Shown piece after piece: positions 9,791 through 18,982 of a stretch of DNA of 32,000 nt. The notes beneath the pieces are model-generated. The model saw only the letters and a program-made list of their open reading frames with translations. It ran no database searches and had not been told where the DNA came from. The DNA comes from Methanococcus maripaludis. Its GTDB lineage: Archaea; AGJL01; Methanococci; Methanococcales; Methanococcaceae. The stretch lies in the NCBI RefSeq assembly GCF_002945325.1, contig NZ_CP026606.1, positions 840,001 through 872,000 on the forward strand, written 5' to 3'. Both the position numbers and the translations under genes were made by a program. Each line of letters starts with the position of its first letter. Position 1 is the first letter of the stretch.

Positions 9791-11173
9791 ATGAAAACTA
9801 CAAAAGGAGTTCAAAATCTACTCGGAGACCCTAAAAAAGCCATTGTAAAAATCTCGCTACCCATGGTTATTGCAATGTCGTTTCAATCATTATATAACAT
9901 AATTGATGCGATATGGGTTGCAGGACTCGGCTCAGACGCCCTTGCTGCAATTGGACTATTCTTTCCATTCATGTTTGCACTGATAGCAATTTCAAACGGT
10001 GTAGGTATTGGAGGAAGTTCCGCAATTTCTAGAAGAATTGGACAAAAAAATAAGGATGCAGCAGATAATATTGCGGTTCACTCAATTGTACTTGGAATAA
10101 TTCTTGGAATTTTATTAACCGGAGTTATTCCATTTTTAGGAACCATTTTCTCACTTATCGGGGCATCCGGAAATACCGTTACTATGGCAGTTGAATACTC
10201 CACAATTTTATTCGGCGGTGCTGTTGCCCTGCTCTTCACAAATATTGCAAATGCAATTTTAAGGGGGGAAGGGGACACGAAAAGAGCGATGTATGCGATA
10301 ATTCTTGGTTCAGTTTTGAATATCGTGCTCGATCCGATTTTTATATATGTATTAAATATGGGTGTAGCAGGTGCTGCTTGGGCAACCCTACTTTCACTAG
10401 TGATTACGGGCATTTTATTCGTTTACTGGCTTTTTATTAAAAAAGATACGTTTCTTAAAATTTCGTTTGAAAAATTCAAGCTGGATATTAACATCATAAA
10501 AGAAATATTCTCGATAGGACTTCCTGCTTCTATTTCACACCTCACTATGGCATTTTCAATGTTTTTATTGACTGCAATTGTTGCAAAAGCCGGTGGAAAC
10601 GATGGAATTGCAGTATTTTCAACAGGCTGGAGAATTGTATCTATGGGAACAATCCCCCTCGTAGGGCTTGCAACAGGGGTTACAGTAGTAACTGGAGCAG
10701 CATATGGGTCCGCAAACCCTGAAAAATTAGAAATTTCTTATAAATACGCTTTAAAAATGGGAATTCTTGTTGAAACAATAATTGCAGCGCTAATATTGAT
10801 ATTTGAAAATCAGATTACTTATCTATTTACATATTCTGAAAATTCCGTGCATATTTTGGAGGGTTTACTGGTATTTTTAAAGTATATGTTCTTATTCTAC
10901 CCGACACTTCCACTTGGAATGCTTACTGCGGCCATGTTTCAGGGCGTTTCAAAAGGAAACAATTCATTATTTATCTCCTTACTAAGAACGATAATCCTCC
11001 AGATACCGATGGCGTATACATTTGGAATAATATTTAATCAGGGATTAACGGGTGTCTGGTTTGGAATGATTTTAGGACACGTTATCGCAGTTTCTATTGC
11101 ATATCTACTTGGAATATACACAATCAGACAGTTTAAAGCTACATTAACTCCAGAAACTGTAAAATTTAAGTAA
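9791..11173 (+). CDS. MATE family multidrug/metabolite efflux transporter
   Basis: 460 aa, NLLGDPKKAIVKISLPMVIAMSFQSLYNIIDAIWVAGLG...GVGIGGSSAISRRIG; AGGAGGAG SD lies within the end of the upstream CDS. Confidence 0.92.
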   Translation: MKTTKGVQNLLGDPKKAIVKISLPMVIAMSFQSLYNIIDAIWVAGLGSDALAAIGLFFPFMFALIAISNGVGIGGSSAISRRIGQKNKDAADNIAVHSIVLGIILGILLTGVIPFLGTIFSLIGASGNTVTMAVEYSTILFGGAVALLFTNIANAILRGEGDTKRAMYAIILGSVLNIVLDPIFIYVLNMGVAGAAWATLLSLVITGILFVYWLFIKKDTFLKISFEKFKLDINIIKEIFSIGLPASISHLTMAFSMFLLTAIVAKAGGNDGIAVFSTGWRIVSMGTIPLVGLATGVTVVTGAAYGSANPEKLEISYKYALKMGILVETIIAALILIFENQITYLFTYSENSVHILEGLLVFLKYMFLFYPTLPLGMLTAAMFQGVSKGNNSLFISLLRTIILQIPMAYTFGIIFNQGLTGVWFGMILGHVIAVSIAYLLGIYTIRQFKATLTPETVKFK

Positions 11174-11182
11174 GTGGTTATT

Positions 11183-11944
11183 ATGGATGCGTTTTCAGCA
11201 ATGTTTTATCGGCAACTTAGAAGATTTACACGTGCAAAATCCAGAGTACTTGGTTCATTACTAAATCCGCTCGTCTGGCTAGTTTTCTTTGGAATAGGCT
11301 GGAGCAGGGCATTTGATTTTCCAGCCGCAAGAGAAATATTTGGGGGAGTTGACTACCTGACATATTTAATTCCAGGAGTCGTTTCAATGACAGTATTTAG
11401 CGGAAGCTTCATCAGCGGTGTTACTGTTATTTGGGATAAACAGTTTGGATTTTTAAAAGAAACCCTTGTTGCTCCAACGTCAAGAAGCGAAGCAATTTTA
11501 GGCAGAATTATGGGGGACTCCATAACTGCACTCATTCAGGGCGTTTTGATAATGGTACTGAGCCTTTTTTTAGTATCTTTAAACCCTTTCGGAATGATTC
11601 CAGTAATTTTTACAAGTTTCATTCTTGCGGTAGCATTTGCAAGTGTTGGAATATCGTTAGGATTAAAAATAAACAGCCAGGAAGGTTTTCACTTAATATT
11701 TGGACTTTTAATGCAGCCATTAATATTTTTAAGCGGTGCATTTTACCCAATAGATGCAATGCCAACTTGGATGAAAATTCTGGCATATCTAAATCCCCTA
11801 ACATATGCAGTTGATTCTGCAAGATATTTTTTAGCAGGCTTTTCAAGATTTCCAATAATTCTCGATGTTTCAATTTTAATTGTTTTGAGCGTTTTTCTCG
11901 TAGTTTTAGCCATGTACACGTTTGAAAAGGCGGTTATTGAATAA
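11183..11944 (+). CDS. ABC-2 type exporter permease (DrrB-like)
   Basis: MDAFSAMFYRQLRRFTRAKSRVLGSLLNPLVWLVFFGIGW...LSGAFYPIDAMPTWMKILAYLNPLTYAVDSARY. The track start 11174 is a GTG; ATG 11183 is more likely. Confidence 0.9.
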   Translation: MDAFSAMFYRQLRRFTRAKSRVLGSLLNPLVWLVFFGIGWSRAFDFPAAREIFGGVDYLTYLIPGVVSMTVFSGSFISGVTVIWDKQFGFLKETLVAPTSRSEAILGRIMGDSITALIQGVLIMVLSLFLVSLNPFGMIPVIFTSFILAVAFASVGISLGLKINSQEGFHLIFGLLMQPLIFLSGAFYPIDAMPTWMKILAYLNPLTYAVDSARYFLAGFSRFPIILDVSILIVLSVFLVVLAMYTFEKAVIE

Positions 11945-11973
11945 TTCCGATTTAAAACGTAAATTATATATGG

Positions 11974-12025
11974 CTGTAATATAAAATAGTCATAAATATT
12001 AAAAATGAATTAAAAAATATTACAG
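11974..12025 (+). promoter_or_regulatory. 9-bp inverted repeat bracketing the cfbA promoter/leader
   Basis: CTGTAATAT (11974-11982) and ATATTACAG (12017-12025) are exact reverse complements; TATA-like AAATTATATA at 11961-11970. Confidence 0.4.
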
Positions 12026-12034
12026 GTGCAGATC

Positions 12035-12472
12035 ATGGAAGCATTGGTTTTGGTAGGCCACGGTAGCAGACTCCCTCACTCAAAAAACGTTGTTATGGAA
12101 GTTGCTGAAAAAATAAAAGCAAGAAATATTTACGACATTGTAGAAGTTGGTATGATGGAATTCAACGAACCTACAATTCCCCAAACGATAAAAAAAGTAA
12201 TTGATGCAGGTGCTAAAAAAGTAATTGTAACACCAGTATTTTTAGCTCCAGGAAACCACACTGAAAGAGATATTCCAAAAATACTTGGAATTTATGAAGG
12301 AGACGATGAAGGAGGACATGACCACCATCACGAACACCATCACCACCATCACCACCATCACGACACAGAAACTGTCGAAATTCCAGAAGGTGTTGAATTA
12401 GTGTACAGAAAACCAATGGGTGCAGATGATAGAATTATAGACATAGTCCTCGATAGAGCTAACGGACTTTAA
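12035..12472 (+). CDS. cfbA: Short CbiX-type chelatase, sirohydrochlorin nickel/cobalt chelatase CfbA, with His-rich loop
   Basis: MEALVLVGHGSRLPHSKNVV...VTPVFLAPGNHTERDIPKIL plus a 13-His insert. Start moved to 12035 (GGTGCAGATCATG). Confidence 0.9.
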   Translation: MEALVLVGHGSRLPHSKNVVMEVAEKIKARNIYDIVEVGMMEFNEPTIPQTIKKVIDAGAKKVIVTPVFLAPGNHTERDIPKILGIYEGDDEGGHDHHHEHHHHHHHHHDTETVEIPEGVELVYRKPMGADDRIIDIVLDRANGL

Positions 12473-12518
12473 TTTAATCTTTTAATTTTAAAAAAAATAA
12501 AAAAAGTATTTTATTTAA

Positions 12519-13556
12519 TTAAGCTACAATTACTTCTTTTTCTTCTTCGGATTTAGCTTCTCCGTAGAGTTTGTGTGCAATATCTTTTAAAACATCGAGT
12601 CCTTTTGCCTCGGTTCTTAATAATTCAAGATTTGCAATAACTTTGTCGCCGAATTTTTCTTTTACAAGTTCAAGTCTTTTTTCCTGTAAGCTTCTTCTTG
12701 CTCTACAGAAGTCACATTCTACATCTTCAGGAATAATCTGGTTTACAACAACTGAATCTACAGGTATTTTAAACTTGTTTAAAGCTTCCATTGCTCTTTC
12801 ACTTTCTAAAATACTCATTTCTTCAGGAATTACAACAATTCTGAATGCTGTTCTTTCAGGGTTTGCCAAGATTCCTCTTGCTTTTGTAACTTTAGCTTTC
12901 ATTGTTTCCATTTCTTCTAAAGCTTTGTCGTAATCTACTTCTTCGCCTTTACCGCCAAATGGCATGACTTTTTTCATCATGTTCATAAAACCGCTCATCT
13001 GTTTTTTGAACTTGATCATTTTAGTCATGTATTTGTCCATAATTTCCGGAAGACCTAAGAATCTTAAAGTGTGGCCTGTTGGTGCGGTATCAAATACAAC
13101 TACATCGAATTCGTCGCTGTCCATGTATTTTAAAAATACATCGAATGCTGCGCTTTCATCAGTTCCTGGAGATAATGAAGCCATTTCAAGCTGGTCTTCA
13201 AGCATTCCGCCCATCATTGGGTTTTCGTCCATTTGTGATTTTAATTTTTCTTTGTATTCTGACATTGCAACTTCAGGGTCGATTTCTACAACATAGAGGT
13301 TTTCCATGCCGTTTACTTTTGTTGGTTCGTGACCAAATGACTGTTCAAAGCTGTCTTTTAATGAGTGAGCAGGGTCGGTTGAAACTACAACTGTTTTCAG
13401 GCCTTGTTCTGCACAGTAAATACCTGTTGCGGCACTCATTGTAGTTTTTCCAACTCCCCCTTTTCCACCAAACATGATGTACTTGGTTCCGTTTTCTTTT
13501 TCGAGTTTTTTAGTAGTAATTCCTTTCAATGATTCCTTTATTTTAGATAATACCAA
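12519..13556 (-). CDS. ArsA/Get3 (TRC40)-family ATPase
   Basis: [17 protein letters not shown]-loop, [15 protein letters not shown] switch, [18 protein letters not shown] (CxxC) motif; TTG start with GGTGAT-ATT-TTG. Confidence 0.92.
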   Translation of the reverse strand: MVLSKIKESLKGITTKKLEKENGTKYIMFGGKGGVGKTTMSAATGIYCAEQGLKTVVVSTDPAHSLKDSFEQSFGHEPTKVNGMENLYVVEIDPEVAMSEYKEKLKSQMDENPMMGGMLEDQLEMASLSPGTDESAAFDVFLKYMDSDEFDVVVFDTAPTGHTLRFLGLPEIMDKYMTKMIKFKKQMSGFMNMMKKVMPFGGKGEEVDYDKALEEMETMKAKVTKARGILANPERTAFRIVVIPEEMSILESERAMEALNKFKIPVDSVVVNQIIPEDVECDFCRARRSLQEKRLELVKEKFGDKVIANLELLRTEAKGLDVLKDIAHKLYGEAKSEEEKEVIVA

Positions 13557-13616
13557 AATATCACCTTATCGCTAATCTAAGATACTTAGTAAGTACACGT
13601 TTTTATAGGTTTTTAA

Positions 13617-14261
13617 TTAACAGGGTTCATTTTTAAGTCGGCTAATTAATTCTTCGACATCCACAAGTGTTGAAATACATCCATCTTTCATTAAAAGCTG
13701 TCCTTGAACAGGTACATTTTTTCGAGAAAGAAACGTCATTCCGTGAAACATGTCGTTATGGCACGCTACTGCAAAAACGCCGTCCGGTTTTTTATCTTTT
13801 AATACCCGTTTTAAAAATGTTGAACCGGGAACTACGTAAGTTTTATACCCGTTTTCTTCAGCAACTTTTATTACCCTTCCAATCGGGCATTTTCCACAAA
13901 ATACGCATTCTACGCCATCGGGACCCAGCTTTCCGGGACATTTTAGATCCCTTAAACAGTGTGGAAGGATTAAAACCTTATTTTTGGCTTTTTTAAAGTC
14001 TTCGCAATAGTACTTGTTATAAAAATCACTTGCAACTTTATAAAATGTATCTTCGGTTCCAATTATCAGAAAAATTCTTAATAGAATGGAGTAGAAGTTA
14101 TTTGTAATATACAATGATAGTTTAGGAAACAAGATTTTATTTTTATTTATAAGGTAATAACCAAGACCAATTGCAGTTACAAACAATATCGCTGCTAAAA
14201 CAATTAGTATTAACAAAATCATGCCTAAATAATCAAAAATTCCTATATCAGTAAAATTCAT
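13617..14261 (-). CDS. DUF116-family membrane-anchored cysteine-rich protein
   Basis: N-terminal TM segments followed by LPHCLRDLKCPGKLGPDGVECVFCGKCPIGRVIKVAEENGYKTYVVPGSTF; family name from recall. Confidence 0.75.
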   Translation of the reverse strand: MNFTDIGIFDYLGMILLILIVLAAILFVTAIGLGYYLINKNKILFPKLSLYITNNFYSILLRIFLIIGTEDTFYKVASDFYNKYYCEDFKKAKNKVLILPHCLRDLKCPGKLGPDGVECVFCGKCPIGRVIKVAEENGYKTYVVPGSTFLKRVLKDKKPDGVFAVACHNDMFHGMTFLSRKNVPVQGQLLMKDGCISTLVDVEELISRLKNEPC

Positions 14262-14279
14262 TTTATCACGGTGAAATTC

Positions 14280-15026
14280 ATGAAAATTTCAATTTCTTTT
14301 GATTTTTTTGGTAGTAGTGAACTCCAGAAAACAGTCGATTTTAGCGATTACTGTGTTATTGTAATCGATGTTTTAAGAGCTTCTGCAACCATTTGTACAC
14401 TACTTGACTTGTGCGATAAGATATATATAACAGGTAGTATCGAAAAAGCAGCGAATATAGAAAATTCTATAAAAATAGGTGAAAGAAACGCCAAAAAAAT
14501 TGAAGGATTTGATTTTGGAAATTCCCCTGTTGAATTAACTGTAAACAGGAAATTAATAAAAGAACATTTCGAAAATGGGGGAAATATTGTTTTAACCACA
14601 ACAAATGGAACAAGAGTTCTTGAAAATATCGTTTCAGATCATATTTTAATCGGTTCAATTACAAACGCACAAAATGTTGCAAAAAAAGCATACAAACTCG
14701 CAAAAGAAAATAATAAAGGAATAATGCTCGTTCCAGTCCACCGGAAAGGAAATTTTGCAATTGAAGACTTTATTGGGGCAGGAATTATTGCTGATTATAT
14801 TTTCAAAGAATACGATGAAGAAATTCCTGATGAAAAATTTGAAGAACTGATTCCTGCAAGAGCTTTGACTAAATCTGACTGGTTAAGAAAGATATTTGAA
14901 TCAAACTCTGGAAAAAATTTAAAAGAATTGGGTTACTTTGAAGATTTGATATTCTGTACGTCAAAAAACACTCAAAAATCCGTTGGAATTTTCGATAAAA
15001 AATCTGGAAGCATTTCTTCATTTTAA
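14280..15026 (+). CDS. comB: 2-phosphosulfolactate phosphatase
   Basis: VIVIDVLRASATI and LTTTNGTRVLE...LIGSITNAQNVAK match ComB. Start moved from GTG 14271 to ATG 14280 preceded by GGTGAA. Confidence 0.9.
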   Translation: MKISISFDFFGSSELQKTVDFSDYCVIVIDVLRASATICTLLDLCDKIYITGSIEKAANIENSIKIGERNAKKIEGFDFGNSPVELTVNRKLIKEHFENGGNIVLTTTNGTRVLENIVSDHILIGSITNAQNVAKKAYKLAKENNKGIMLVPVHRKGNFAIEDFIGAGIIADYIFKEYDEEIPDEKFEELIPARALTKSDWLRKIFESNSGKNLKELGYFEDLIFCTSKNTQKSVGIFDKKSGSISSF

Positions 15027-15177
15027 TTTAGAAACTGATATATAATTAAACTTGGATTTTATATTAAGAATCTTATATGAAGAATTATTTTTAAATTTAA
15101 ATGTTTAATCAACGTTTAATTTCACAGACTTAATGACTTACGGCTAAATGGAATAAAAAACGGTGGAGGAGAGTAAA

Positions 15178-16479
15178 TTGATATGGTCTAAAGAAGAAAC
15201 ATGGGACAGAAAAGAAATTGAAAAAATACAGCTTGAAAGATTAAAAGAATCGGTAAAAAGAGCTTATGAAAATGTATCCCTGTATAAGGAAAAATTTGAC
15301 AGCATCGGATTAAAACCTGAAGATATAAACACGTTAGATGACCTTAAAAAAATTCCTTTCACTGTAAAAGACGATTTTAGGGCAAATTATCCATTTGGAA
15401 TGTTTGCAGTTCCTAAAAAAGAAGTTGTGAGAATTCATGCTTCATCAGGAACTACTGGAAAGCCAACCGTTGTAGGCTACACAAAAAAAGATATCAGAAC
15501 TTGGGCAGAACTGATTTCTAGAGTTGTAACGGCTGCAGGTGTAACTGATGAAGATACAGCTCAAATCGCATTTGGTTACGGACTTTTTACCGGTGGATTC
15601 GGGTTACATTATGGTCTTGAAAATGTTGGGGCATCTGTCATTCCAATGTCAAGCGGAAACACGGAAAAGCAGATTATGCTCATGAAAGATTTTGAAACAA
15701 CCGTTTTAATATGTACTCCATCCTATGCGCTTTATATTGCAGAAGTTGCAGAAAAAATGGGAATTGACCCTAAAAAAGACTTGAAAGTAAGAATAGGTCT
15801 TTTTGGTGGAGAAGCATGCTCTGAATCTGCAAGAGCAGAAATTGAATCAAAATGGGGCATACTTGCAACCCAAAACTACGGTATGAGTGAATTAATGGGT
15901 CCAGGAGTTTCTGGAGATTGTGAATACCAGTGCGGAATGCATATTTCTGAAGACCACTTCATTGCAGAAATAATCGATCCAAAAACCGGCGAAGTACTCC
16001 CTGAAGGAGAAATTGGAGAACTTGTAATTACCACACTTACAAAAGAAGCACTGCCAGTTCTTAGATATCGAACAAAAGATATGACAAGCCTCACTTACGA
16101 AAAATGTAAATGCGGAAGAACTACCGCGAGAATGCTAAAAATAAGGGGAAGAAGCGACGATATGTTAATTATTCGAGGAGTAAACGTATTCCCAACACAA
16201 ATTGAAAGTGTTTTGGAAGGAATTGAAGAAATCGGACCGCATTATGAAATAATCGTTACCAAAAACGGACACCTAGACCAGATGACGATTAATATAGAAC
16301 TTGCAGATGGAAAATTCCTCGAAAAATTCAGCTGCCTTGAACAGATTAGTAAAAAAGTAGACCATAAATTAAAAACTGTGCTTGGATTAAGCTCTAAAAT
16401 AAATATAGTACAACCTAGAACCCTTGAAAGGTTTGAAGGTAAAGCAAAACGTGTAAAAGACTTAAGAAACGTGAATTAA
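15178..16479 (+). CDS. Phenylacetate-CoA ligase family (PaaK-like) AMP-forming acyl-CoA ligase
   Basis: HASSGTTGKPTVVGYT, AFGYGLFTGGFGLHYG, GMSELMGPGV, IRGRSDDMLIIRGVNVFPTQIE. TTG 15178 start preferred, since GGTGGAGGAGAG overlaps the track GTG start. Confidence 0.9.
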   Translation: MIWSKEETWDRKEIEKIQLERLKESVKRAYENVSLYKEKFDSIGLKPEDINTLDDLKKIPFTVKDDFRANYPFGMFAVPKKEVVRIHASSGTTGKPTVVGYTKKDIRTWAELISRVVTAAGVTDEDTAQIAFGYGLFTGGFGLHYGLENVGASVIPMSSGNTEKQIMLMKDFETTVLICTPSYALYIAEVAEKMGIDPKKDLKVRIGLFGGEACSESARAEIESKWGILATQNYGMSELMGPGVSGDCEYQCGMHISEDHFIAEIIDPKTGEVLPEGEIGELVITTLTKEALPVLRYRTKDMTSLTYEKCKCGRTTARMLKIRGRSDDMLIIRGVNVFPTQIESVLEGIEEIGPHYEIIVTKNGHLDQMTINIELADGKFLEKFSCLEQISKKVDHKLKTVLGLSSKINIVQPRTLERFEGKAKRVKDLRNVN

Positions 16480-16550
16480 ATTACTTTTTTAATTTTTTTG
16501 AATTTTTAAATTTTAATTTTGAACTTGATTAAAAAAAGAAGATATTTTAA

Positions 16551-16706
16551 TTATTTTTTAAGGTTTTTTCTTCTCCAGTGTCTCATTTTTGGGTGCTGTT
16601 TAACGCTTCCTTTTGTTCTTGCAATAGCAAACATAGGAACTCTTCTGTTTTGTTTTAAAGCTTTTGCAAGTCTAATTTTTTTACCCAAAGGTTTGTTGCC
16701 TGCCAT
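16551..16706 (-). CDS. rpl39e: Large ribosomal subunit protein eL39 (L39e), 51 aa
   Basis: Hand translation: [64 protein letters not shown]. Missing from the ORF track. Confidence 0.97.
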   Translation of the reverse strand: MAGNKPLGKKIRLAKALKQNRRVPMFAIARTKGSVKQHPKMRHWRRKNLKK

Positions 16707-16722
16707 CTTTTCACCTCTGAAC

Positions 16723-17313
16723 TTATCTTTTTAAACCAATAACTCTTGATTGAATGTGTTTTGGGAAGTATTCAAGCGGATCGATTCCTCTTTGCCGAAT
16801 TAACTCCCTTATTTCGGTTTCATAGTCTGATTTCAAAAGTTCTTCACTTTCTTTTTCAGAAATTATGAAATAATTGTTAACTAGATTTCTTAAAGTTTTG
16901 TGACCAAATCCCATTAAAGGAGTCACGTACTGAATATTTTTCCTCATTTCAAGACTCTGGATCTCAGAGTGATCAAGTCTTGGAACGCGGTCGTCTCTTC
17001 TCGTACCATCTGCAATTACATCGTATTTCTCGGAAATTATTTCGAGAACTTGCTTGTGTACAAACTGAATCCCGTTTCCAGGATATCCATCCTTTAAGAT
17101 CATGTCAACAGATTTTTCAATTAATTCCCTGTCCATTGATTCGACTTTATGAGGATAGCCAATTATTTTGGCAGTTTCTTCTGCATGACGGTATGAATCC
17201 AAAACTCCGAAATTAACGGTTACTAACTGAATGTCATAGCCCAGATTATGCAAAATTATGGCAGAAAGGGAACTATCTTTTCCACCGCTGAATAAAACGT
17301 GAGCTTTAGCCAT
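16723..17313 (-). CDS. PP-loop (adenine nucleotide alpha-hydrolase/ATP pyrophosphatase) protein of unknown substrate
   Basis: [19 protein letters not shown]-loop; [11 protein letters not shown]; start at 17313 or 17322. Confidence 0.8.
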   Translation of the reverse strand: MAKAHVLFSGGKDSSLSAIILHNLGYDIQLVTVNFGVLDSYRHAEETAKIIGYPHKVESMDRELIEKSVDMILKDGYPGNGIQFVHKQVLEIISEKYDVIADGTRRDDRVPRLDHSEIQSLEMRKNIQYVTPLMGFGHKTLRNLVNNYFIISEKESEELLKSDYETEIRELIRQRGIDPLEYFPKHIQSRVIGLKR

Positions 17314-17322
17314 GTGAATCAT

Positions 17323-17682
17323 TTATTTTCTCATTATAGTGATTTCTTTCTTTGCAGGTCTGTTCATCTCGTATATTTTATCGAGAAGGCCTTTAAAATA
17401 CTCGTCAGTAAGCGGAACTGGAAGTTTTCCGGCCTGTGCGAGTTGTATTAATTGCATTTCAACCTGTTCTGCAAATTGAGGTTTTGCAAGTTTGATCCTT
17501 GCTAATCTCGACCTTGCTTCTTCGGAAAGAATCTGCCTGAGAATTTTTTGTTTTTGCATTTCGTACTGCATTTGCTGCTCTTGCATCTGTCTCTGTGCTT
17601 CAGGGTCATTTGCTGCCCCTTGGGCTTGAGCTTTTGCTTGCATTTCCTGCAATCTTCTTTGCCTTATTTCTTCTGGGTTCAT
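17323..17682 (-). CDS. PDCD5/TFAR19-family DNA-binding protein
   Basis: [22 protein letters not shown]...[42 protein letters not shown]. Confidence 0.93.
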   Translation of the reverse strand: MNPEEIRQRRLQEMQAKAQAQGAANDPEAQRQMQEQQMQYEMQKQKILRQILSEEARSRLARIKLAKPQFAEQVEMQLIQLAQAGKLPVPLTDEYFKGLLDKIYEMNRPAKKEITIMRK

Positions 17683-17707
17683 CAAACCCCCTCATCAATA
17701 AAATTAC

Positions 17708-18133
17708 TTATTGTGCTACTGAATCAGCTACTTCTTTTGCAGTGTTGTCTACTAAAGATTGGCCTTTTGGTGCAATGATTCTTCCACCTTTTTCAGCTTT
17801 AGTAAGTAATTCTTTAGCTTCTAAAGCTTGGAAAGCTGTCCTGATAATGTTTCCACTACCTTTAACGAATTTTTCAGGAGCGCACCCTCGGTTCTTCCTT
17901 CCACCGTAAACGCTTCTTAATCTTTCAACACCAACAGGGCCGTTGATGTATACTTTTCTTAATATTGCAGCACATCTTACGTACCACCAATCTCCGTCAT
18001 CAGGTCTTCTCTCTTTGTGAGCTCCTGTTTTAACGAAGTTTGTCCATTCAGGCTCTTCTACGCCCATTTCTTTCAATTTTTCAGCTAATTTTGCGATTAA
18101 ATCGTTTGCTGGTACATCGTAAACGGTTACCAT
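17708..18133 (-). CDS. rps19e: Small ribosomal subunit protein eS19 (S19e)
   Basis: MVTVYDVPANDLIAKLAEKL...WWYVRCAAILRKVYINGPVGVERLRSVYGGRKNRGCAPEKF; start moved to 18133 (GAGGTG SD). Confidence 0.97.
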   Translation of the reverse strand: MVTVYDVPANDLIAKLAEKLKEMGVEEPEWTNFVKTGAHKERRPDDGDWWYVRCAAILRKVYINGPVGVERLRSVYGGRKNRGCAPEKFVKGSGNIIRTAFQALEAKELLTKAEKGGRIIAPKGQSLVDNTAKEVADSVAQ

Positions 18134-18362
18134 GTAAACACCTCTAATAATAACGTTCAGTTCATCCTTTTGTAACTCATATTCGGATAATCTGGACAAT
18201 TAACGGATTCATTAAAAATAATATTTAAAAATCCTTAAGACCGAGCAATCTTATTATAATAATTGCACCCCATATATATTACTTTCCCTGATTCCCAGTA
18301 ATATAAAAATGAGTAAAAAATGAAAAAAAGGTTAAAATATCATCCGTTATTAAAATAACGTA

Positions 18363-18746
18363 TTATCTCTTAAGGAGTGCTTTTTTAGACCGCATTTCTT
18401 CAAATTCTTCAACATACTTTTCTTTCTTTGTTTTCTTTGTGGAATACTTTTTCCAGCCTTCTTTTGGCTTAAAAATAGTAATAACATTTCCAACTACGCT
18501 GATAACTTCTGCACCAGTTTCTTTAGATATTTTTTCGGCCATTTCTGCTTTATCGCCATTTTCAAGTGCACTTTTTCGCACTTTAATTTTTATAAGGCTT
18601 TTATCTTTTATCTGCCTTTTAATTTCTTCTATGGTTTTTTCGATCCCTTCCTTTCCAACCCAAACTACAGGTTCGATTTCGTGCGATTGGGACCTTAATA
18701 TCTTTTTAGCTTTGGATGATATTTTTACTTCAGTATTTTCGGTCAT
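18363..18746 (-). CDS. YhbY/CRM-domain RNA-binding protein
   Basis: LRSQSHEIEPVVWVGKEGIEKTIEEIKRQIKDKSLIKIKV...GAEVISVVGNVITIF; GGAGAGAG SD. Confidence 0.88.
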   Translation of the reverse strand: MTENTEVKISSKAKKILRSQSHEIEPVVWVGKEGIEKTIEEIKRQIKDKSLIKIKVRKSALENGDKAEMAEKISKETGAEVISVVGNVITIFKPKEGWKKYSTKKTKKEKYVEEFEEMRSKKALLKR

Positions 18747-18982
18747 AATCTCTCTCCTTGATATGTATGCGTATAATTTGATACCATGAGTTAAAGTTTC
18801 AATTAAAACAGTAAAATCATTAAGATAATCAATAAATTAATCTGTCCGCTAAGTTATTTAAAATATCATATATATAATGTACAGTTAGCAACATACTATT
18901 GTTATTTAAGTATAAATATATTTTCGGAAAAATTTTGCCAACACATCTGAGATCTAGTTATGAACCCAAAGGGGCTGGTTAT

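Noticed and set aside
12571-13444. Plus-strand ORFs opposite the Get3/ArsA gene
   Set aside because: Antisense shadows of a strongly supported CDS.
16519-16734. 71-aa plus-strand ORF
   Set aside because: Shadow of ribosomal protein L39e on the opposite strand.
18134-18362. Possible tRNA or RNase P component in the gap between S19e and YhbY-like gene
   Set aside because: No T-loop GTTCRANYC-like sequence, no cloverleaf and no supportable reading frame; more likely an S19e promoter or leader region.
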